Assembly (NCBI RefSeq): GCF_009914755.1
Contig: NC_060934.1
Direction: 5' to 3' (one strand)
Length of the DNA stretch: 64,000 bases
Source: the human T2T-CHM13v2.0 reference genome, Homo sapiens
Position numbers and translations under genes: made by a program. The notes under the pieces were generated by a model. The model was not told the origin of the DNA and did not search any database. It saw nothing but the letters and a program-made list of their open reading frames with translations. Below are positions 56,200 to 64,000 of this stretch, one piece after another; positions within the stretch are counted from its first letter, which is position 1; every line of letters begins with the position of its first letter.

Positions 56200-59010
56200 T
56201 AGCAATGGAAGATTAAACAGATGCACATATTTCCACTCCTTCCCCAAACATCCATGAAATAATGAGTATTTTTTATAAAAATGCTCAATTCTATAAGGAT
56301 AAAAACCAAACAGAGTTGGAGATCATAGTGAGAACATGTTGGAAGCTGAAAAGGATGGAAGAGAGAGAAACTTCTGATTATCAGACCAAATAAAACTAAA
56401 ATGCTGAGAAGCGATTGGATTTTTGTTGTTCAACTTCAGAAAACATAAGGACTGGAGTCACCAGTTACCCCTGGGCCTGGGGTAAAATTGAGGCTAAAAA
56501 TAGATGAATTGATTAAAATGTGTTTAAGAATTAGTAAGACCTCAGATCCCCTCCCTGGCTTTGAGAAACTGGGCATCTGCCCAGTGGCGTGCTGGCAAAT
56601 ACTTAACAACTAGGTCTCAAAATAGTTGTGATTTGTGGTATTTGCCAATTTCTGTGGAGTAAATACCACCATCATGGCCAATGTCAAGCTACTGCATGAC
56701 ATCACTGAATGCAGAGTTGGGAAGAGATGTGAGTAGCACACCTCGTGTAGTAGAAATACAATATGCAAGTGACCTCAAAAGCATAAAACATAGTATAATA
56801 ACTAGTAAGTGATGAATTTCTTTGTGTTTATTACCTTTGTTTTAATATAAATTTATTTAACTGCATATTTGTATAATTTACTTTTAAATAATGACAGTAT
56901 TTAACAATCAGCATGACAACTTCCAAAAATTTAACAACCTGCTCTTGTGAGCTGGAGGACAAATTGACTCCTATAAACTACCACAGTAGTTTCTTCTCCA
57001 TTCTGGCAAGACTGGATATTTATTACTGTAAGTTTAAAATAAAGGGTCTCTGGAGTTGGAAAAAAAAAACAGGCAGAATTAAAGGCAGAGTCTTTCAACC
57101 TAAAAAGTTAGAATGAAATGGAAGTTCATAAGTGAATTTAGAAATTTCCTAGTTCTTATTTCCCATTCGGCTCCTGTTACACTGGAAGCCAGACACATTC
57201 CCTCTTGGTAAGAGACTGGAAGCATCTTTTCTGGGAAAATTGACCCACTGAAAGAGTGGACAAACTCTAAAGGTTTTGACATTGAGAGTCCACAAGGAAA
57301 CACACTAGGTAGATCAGTCTGTTGCAAGGACCATAGTTAACAAGCCCCATCTATGTGAACAGGGCTTCAAATCAGCACTTTTAGTGATGCAAACGTAAGC
57401 ATCTTTCAGGGTTCACAAAGTATTTTGGTGAAGCAAATAATGTAAAAGAGAAACACACACACATACACACACACAGAGACAGAAAATTGCTACTTGGAGG
57501 AGACAAAGTATGCATGGAGAGGAAACTTTTTAAAGCAATCATCTACCATAAATAACTTCAGACAGATAAGAGAAAATAGTATATGGATGGAACAAGAAGA
57601 GGATACTGGTAAGAGAGAAAGAAAAACTGGCAGAGCACAAAACCAGCTCTTGGAAATGAAATGAAAAATATTATAGCAGAGTGAAAAACTCAATTAAGAT
57701 ATGGAATTGAGAAAATCTTCTAGAACATTGAACAAATGGCTAAATATTCAAAAGTAAAAAAAAAAATAGTTAGAAAATGAGAGGGTTCATCCAAGATATT
57801 CAATAGAAAAAGAGAAGATCCATAGAAGGGGGTCATTAAAGAAAAATCCAAGAAAACTTCCCAGAATTGAAGGACAATGTTTCCAAATTATAAAGGCCCA
57901 GTAAGGGCCCAACATAGTGATGAATTAGATCCACTAATGAAGGCATTTGATCATGAAATTTTAGAATACTGGGCAAGCTTCAAGGGGAAATATATTTCTA
58001 TTCAAAGGATTAAGAAGCAGAATGACTTTATATTTCTTCGAGCTAAAAAAAAGCTGAGCAGTGTCCTCAAAATTCTCAAGAAAAATGAATTTCCCAACAT
58101 AGAATTCCGAGCCCAATAAAATTGTCACTGATTGTGATGATAGACCGAAGACATTTCTGATAGTTTAGCTCTCAAAAATTTTACCTACTTTACACGCCTT
58201 CTCTGAAATGTAATAAAGGATGTGCGTCACCAAATAAGAGGGAAGAGGGGGTCAAGAAAGTGGGATCCGGATGAGCTGAATCAAGAGTGAGGTGACAAGA
58301 AAACTCAGGTTAACAGGCAGGAAGTGTCAAGCTTCAGGAGCTCCTGATCCTGACTGAAGCAAAGCCAGTATCTTTGGGAGTGACTTCATGTAGATGAACT
58401 TGATAGCATACCTACTAGGTATGAATAAATGTATTGAGAGGAAAGCGTCTGGAGTAAGTACATACACAACTAATTACCTAAAACAGAAATGAACACAAAA
58501 ACAACAGCTGCTAACAATCAGAAAACAAAATGCTCTTCAGAAAAGGACAATTACTCATAATGTACTGCATGGATTGGCTATGAAGGACATTTATAGAGTC
58601 ATAACAATGTGAGCATTCAGTAATGATCTCACCACATTTGATATTTCATAGAACTGGGAGGAAGACATAGATGGGAAGTCTGTGTGTTTGTTTGTGTGTA
58701 TATGAATGTGTGTGTAGTAGGAGTGGCAGGAAGGGGAAAGAGGGCTGAATCATTTTCTTCTATAGTAGCAAGTAAATAGATAATTCCTAAACAGAAAACA
58801 AACAGTAGCAATATAAATATGTTAGTCAGATATAGGAGACAGAAAAAAAAATCATCCCCCACAATTAAAAGTGGTTATTTCTAGGGTGCAGAATTTGGGT
58901 CCAGAGTGGGAAACTGCTGTTGTAACAAGCCTTATGGAATGGTTTGACTCTTTGTACAATCTTCACATATAACTTTGCTAAAAACAAAACCCAAATTAAA
59001 CTGTATATTG
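56200..59010 (+). mobile_element. HAL1/old L1 ORF1-like remnant, interrupted by MER63
   Basis: caagaaaacttcccagaattgaaggac (QENFPELKD, ORF1p-like) at ~57850; purine-rich coiled-coil-like region; no ORF2 follows. Confidence 0.65.
56581..56987. mobile_element. MER63-like hAT-Blackjack element
   Basis: ccagtggcgtgctggcaaatacttaacaac..ggccaatgtcaagctac..gagttgggaagagatg..atttaacaacctgctcttgtgagctgg. Confidence 0.78.
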
Positions 59011-59150
59011 TGATACTGAAAGGCATTACTGACAAAATGCGTGACAAGAGATAGTTGTATATAAGATGTAAGTACGTTAAGACACTGAGAGGAAGTGGAA
59101 AGCCTTTGGAACATATTTTTGATGCTTCTGAATAAAGCTGCAGTCTTTCC

Positions 59151-59792
<642 letters not shown>

Positions 59793-60689
59793 CAGTCTTT
59801 CCTTTTGAAAAATGTGTTGTGTTATATTTAATTAAAATGTATTCAAGTGTAATTTATGGATAAATTGAAAAACATTCTGGAGCAAATAAAGATGCAAAAG
59901 GATATGTACAATGTGACACCATTTATGTAAAATCTCCAAATGCAAAATGGTATAATTTATTGGTTATACAGTGTAATTTTAAAAATCCCTATTAGACTGA
60001 TCTCCTACCTCGGATGTGTGGTATTATGTGATGAAGGAGGGAGATAAAAGGTGTGGGAAGTGAGGTGCTAGCTATATCAAATTCTTTTTGTTTCAAAGAC
60101 AGTGCACGAAGGGAGAAAAGAAGGTTGAGTCAAATATTACAAAATGCTAAAATCTACAATATTGAGTAGTAGTTATATGGATGTCTATTATTTTTTGTAA
60201 TTATCTGCATCTTTGAAATGTCTTATAACTTAACAAAGGAATAAATGAGGACTGGTAGTCAACAAGCTGTTATCCTAAACCTGGAGAGTGGGGACACATA
60301 GACATTAAAATTTTTTTCCTTTTATTTATAAAAATAATTGTAAAAATTATTCTGAGTCTGATGACATATAATTACTATAACAATCAATTTTATTGAAAAT
60401 GTTACTACTTTTGCCTTCATATTGTTTGAGGACACAACATTAAACGTAAACTAAACTTTGAATATGGATATTCAAGGTTTAGTGCCCCATGGCCCTTACC
60501 TGGAAGACAAATTAGAGCAAAATTAATGAGTATATGATTTTGTGTAACAGACAATTCAATTCAATAAGTAGTTATGAAATTCCTACTTTATAAGAGACAA
60601 GACAGAAAAATAGCAATGAGCAATCAGGGTTCTGTTTCCCAACATGATTTCCACTCTGGGAAAGGATGAAGTAGAAAGTAATTGTTAGG

Positions 60690-60930
60690 TGAGCGCCCTA
60701 GAATCAGATAATGGGGTTGAGTTAGCTGAGTTATTTAATTCTATGAAAGTTAATACTGAATTTTGGATGAGTTATTAAGCCTCTCTATGCCTCAGTTTCC
60801 TTAATGTAAAATAGCAACAAGAATACTATACACCTCACAGGATTATTGCCATCAAATTAGCAAATTCAGATCAAAATACATGTTTCTGTGCCTGGCATAG
60901 AATTATGGTAAATTCTCAGTAAATGTTAGT
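60690..60930 (+). mobile_element. MIR SINE
   Basis: ttggatgagttattaagcctctctatgcctcagtttcctt..tgtaaaat..tgcctggcatag..tctcagtaaatgttag. Confidence 0.82.
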
Positions 60931-61433
60931 GTGATTGAAAATTGTGAAGACATTAGCATCACCACCCTCGGGAGAATACATCATTTAAGACACGATGGTT
61001 CAGCTAGAGAAACAGATGTACACAGCTTTATGTGAGGAAGAATTCTTTTTTTCTGGACTGAGAAATTCCAAGAAACTCCCTAATGAAATTTAAGCTTGGA
61101 ATTACAACTTAAGTCAGCTTCATGGACTAGCAATTTCTTAAGACATCAGCACCTTTCTTAGAGGGGAAAAGTCTGTGCCCGCCTTGCTCAGATTCACTCA
61201 GATCTTGGCCTTTCTTCAGCAGCAGAGACAGATAAAGTCCCACCATGGAGCCAGCCAAAAAGTGAGCATGAATCCCCAGATTGAAGGCCTTTTTACCTCT
61301 GGAAGACTTGTAAAATGAAGCCAGGGAATAGAAAAACAAATTAAGTTGTGGTTTGAATATGTCGCTGAAATGCTATGTGGACAACAAAACTTCATGGTGG
61401 GGACATCAGAGAGATAAATTTCATAGTGCCTGG

Positions 61434-62000
61434 ACATTCATTCATTCATCAAGTGTTTAGTGAGCACTTAACTATCTGCTTCCCAACAAGCATGATGTCA
61501 GGGACACAATAGTGAACAGACAAAAGTGTTAGTTTTTATTAAGCTCACAGAAGCTGAAGAGATAGACAAACAATAAAAATAAAATACAAGTAAGTGAATG
61601 CAGATGGTAACAAATGTTTTGAATGAATGAAACAGCTTACTGTTAATGATTGAGTGGGGTAAGAGGATGGACTAATTTAGACTGGAGAGTCTGGGAAGGA
61701 CTTTTATTTGATCTGAGATTGTACTTATTAAAAGGGGGTGGCCATGAAATGATCTGGGAAGAAAGAGCAAGTCCAAGGGCCCTAAGGTAGGAACAAGCTT
61801 CGTGTACATGAGGGCCAGCAGGGCTAGAGCACAGTGAGTGAGTGGGAATGCGGTGGGACACAAGGTAAGGAGTTGGGTAGACATCAGCTCTCGTGAGGCT
61901 AGGTAGAAGCTTGGATATTATCCCAATGCAATAGCAAACACTGCGAGGATTTTATAGTGGGGTGCGATATTATATGATTCACAAGTTTAAAAGGATTATT
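61434..62000 (-). mobile_element. L2 3' end
   Basis: (CATT)n tail, gtgtttagtgagcact..gggacacaatagtgaacaga..gggccctaaggtaggaacaagctt..ccagcagggctagagcacagtgagtgag. Confidence 0.85.
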
Positions 62001-64000
62001 TTCCCATCTCAAGAAACTAGAAAAAAATGAGAGTAAATTAAACCCATAGTAAGTAAAAGAAAGGAAGTAATAAAGATCAGATTAGAAATTGATGTAATAG
62101 AAAATAGTAAAAACAATATAAAAAATCAATGAATCTAAAAGTTAGTTCTTTGATAGGATCAATAAAACTGATGAACCTCATCTGGGCGCGTTCATGCCTA
62201 TAATCCCAGCACTTTGGGAGGCCAAGGCAGGAGGGTCACCAGGAGTTTGAGAACAGCAACACAGTGAGACCCCATATCTACAAAAAACTGAAAATATAGC
62301 TGGGCATGATGGCATGTTCCTGTAGTCCCAGCTACTTGGGAGGCTGAGCTGGGGGGGTATTTTGAGCCTGGGAAGTCGCAGTTTCAGTGAGCCATGACTC
62401 CAGCCTGGGCAACAGAGCAAAACCCTGTCTCAAAAAAAAAAAAAAAAAAAAAAGATAAAACTTTATAACCAGACTTAATCAGCAAAGAGGGAGAAGACAC
62501 ACAATATCAATGTCAGAAATGAGAGAGAGGCATTTTACAAATTTCACAGATATTATGAGGATAATAAGGAAATTTTTTGAACAACTTTATGCCAATACAT
62601 TTTACATGAAATTTACTTACGTGAAATGGACAGATTATTTAAAAGGCACATACTACCAAAGCTCACTCAAGAAGAAACAGGTGACCTGAACAGCAGTGTA
62701 TCTATCAAATAAATTAAGTTTATATTTAAAAACTTCCAACAAAGAAAACTATTGATCCAGAGGGCTTCACTGGTACATTCTACAAAACATTCAAAGAAGA
62801 AACAATGCCAATTCTGTACACACTCTTACAGAAAATTGAAAAGGAGGGGATATTTTCGGCTCAATTTATGGGATCTGAATTACCTGATATGAGAAAGAGA
62901 AGGGAATTAGAAGGGAAGAAAACTATAGACCAAGATGCTTCATGAACATAAAATGCAAAAACTCTAACAAATTTTAGCAAATAGAATCTAACAAAATTAA
63001 AAAAAAAAAGATAATTCTTCATTATCCCCACTGGTGTACATCCCATGAATGTGAGATTGGTTTACCATTTGAAAGTAAATCAATGTAATTTACCAAATTA
63101 ACCAGCAAAAACAAGCAAAACAAAAACAAAAACAAATCAAAAACACTATATGATCATCTCCATTGGCACAGAAAAGGCATTGGACTTAAGCCAGTACCCA
63201 TTCCTGCTGAAAGCTCTCCACAGGAATAGAAGGGAACACTCTTAACTTCATAAAGGGCAGTTACAAAACCCCCACAGCTAACATCATACTTAATGGTGGG
63301 CGATTGAATATTTTTCCCCTAAGATCAGGAGCAAATGAGGATGCCTCTCTTTCCACTTCAGTTCAACATTGTACTGGAGCTTCTAGCTAATGTGATAGGC
63401 AAGAATAAAAAGTATATTTATATTGGAAAGGATGGAGTATAAATAGCTTTTTTTCAGGCAATATTATCATCTAAGTAGAAATTCAGATTGATTATATAGA
63501 AAAGCCACTAGAACTGGGAAATGAGTTTAGTAAGATGCAGGATAATACATCAATATGCAAAATGTATTTCTCTATATACACTCAGAAATTGAAATATATC
63601 TCTTACAATATCATAAAAATATAAAACACTTAGTGATAAGTGTGACAAAAGTTGTAAAAAACCTGTAAACTGGAAACTACAGATCATTAATGAAATAAAT
63701 TAGAGAAAAATAAGTAAATGGAAATATAAAATACATTCATGTGCCATTCATAGTATTGTTGTCAATTCTTCAGAAAATTGATCTATAGTTTTAGGGCAAT
63801 CCCAATAAAAAACCAAGGAGGCATATTTGTAGAAATTGATAGACTAATTTTAAAATTCACATGGAAATGCAAAGGACTTCAAAATAACCAAAAAATGTTT
63901 AAAAAGAAGAAAAAAGGTGGAGGACTAACACCACTTAAGGTTTATTATAAACCTTCAAGAGCATAGCTGTGTGGTGTTGGCATAAATATAGGCAAATAGA
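62000..64000 (+). mobile_element. Degenerate L1M ORF2 region (continues past window), interrupted by an AluJ
   Basis: ctcaagaaactagaaaa, gaacaactttatgccaa, ggcttcactggtacattctac, ttcaacattgtactggag; ORF 63778-63966 YSFRAIPIK..IFVEIDRLILKFTWKCK..GGLT is ORF2p-like; many stops and frameshifts. Confidence 0.92.
62180..62452 (+). mobile_element. AluJ with internal deletions
   Basis: catgcctataatcccagcactttgggaggccaagg..gtagtcccagctacttgggaggctgag..poly-A; degenerate TSD ataaaact....aacc. Confidence 0.92.

Noticed and set aside
58334-58347. 14-bp perfect palindrome tcaggagctcctga; also small gatc repeats at 14895-14929
   Set aside because: Short enough to arise by chance, and both lie inside old LINE remnants.
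62000-64000. Active or intact L1
   Set aside because: Numerous stops and frameshifts plus an AluJ insertion show it is ancient and dead.

Overview
Human-like (primate, Alu-rich) genomic DNA from the PRKG1 locus (cGMP-dependent protein kinase I). The only supportable protein-coding sequence is the isoform-specific first coding exon of PKG I-beta (+, 29202-29512; leucine zipper plus autoinhibitory pseudosubstrate), inside a CpG-island promoter (~28270-29720). Downstream is the start of a very long intron, and the shared exon 2 is not in the window. From established gene structure, the upstream part lies in the first intron of the I-alpha isoform. The rest is AT-rich non-coding DNA with many Alu, MIR, L1, L2, HAL1, MaLR/ERVL LTR and DNA-transposon fossils plus microsatellites. 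I see no CRISPR array, tRNA/rRNA, intact transposon or new multi-gene system. The best leads are: a candidate spliced divergent antisense lncRNA running upstream from the beta promoter; a CCAAT + E-box + D-box composite and a CArG box in the proximal intron; a possible intronic-polyA 104-aa zipper-only product; a 36-bp inverted duplication enclosing a captured MLT1 fragment; and a perfect 15-bp-stem hairpin in apparently unique intronic sequence. Repeat subfamily names and boundaries were assigned by eye and are approximate.
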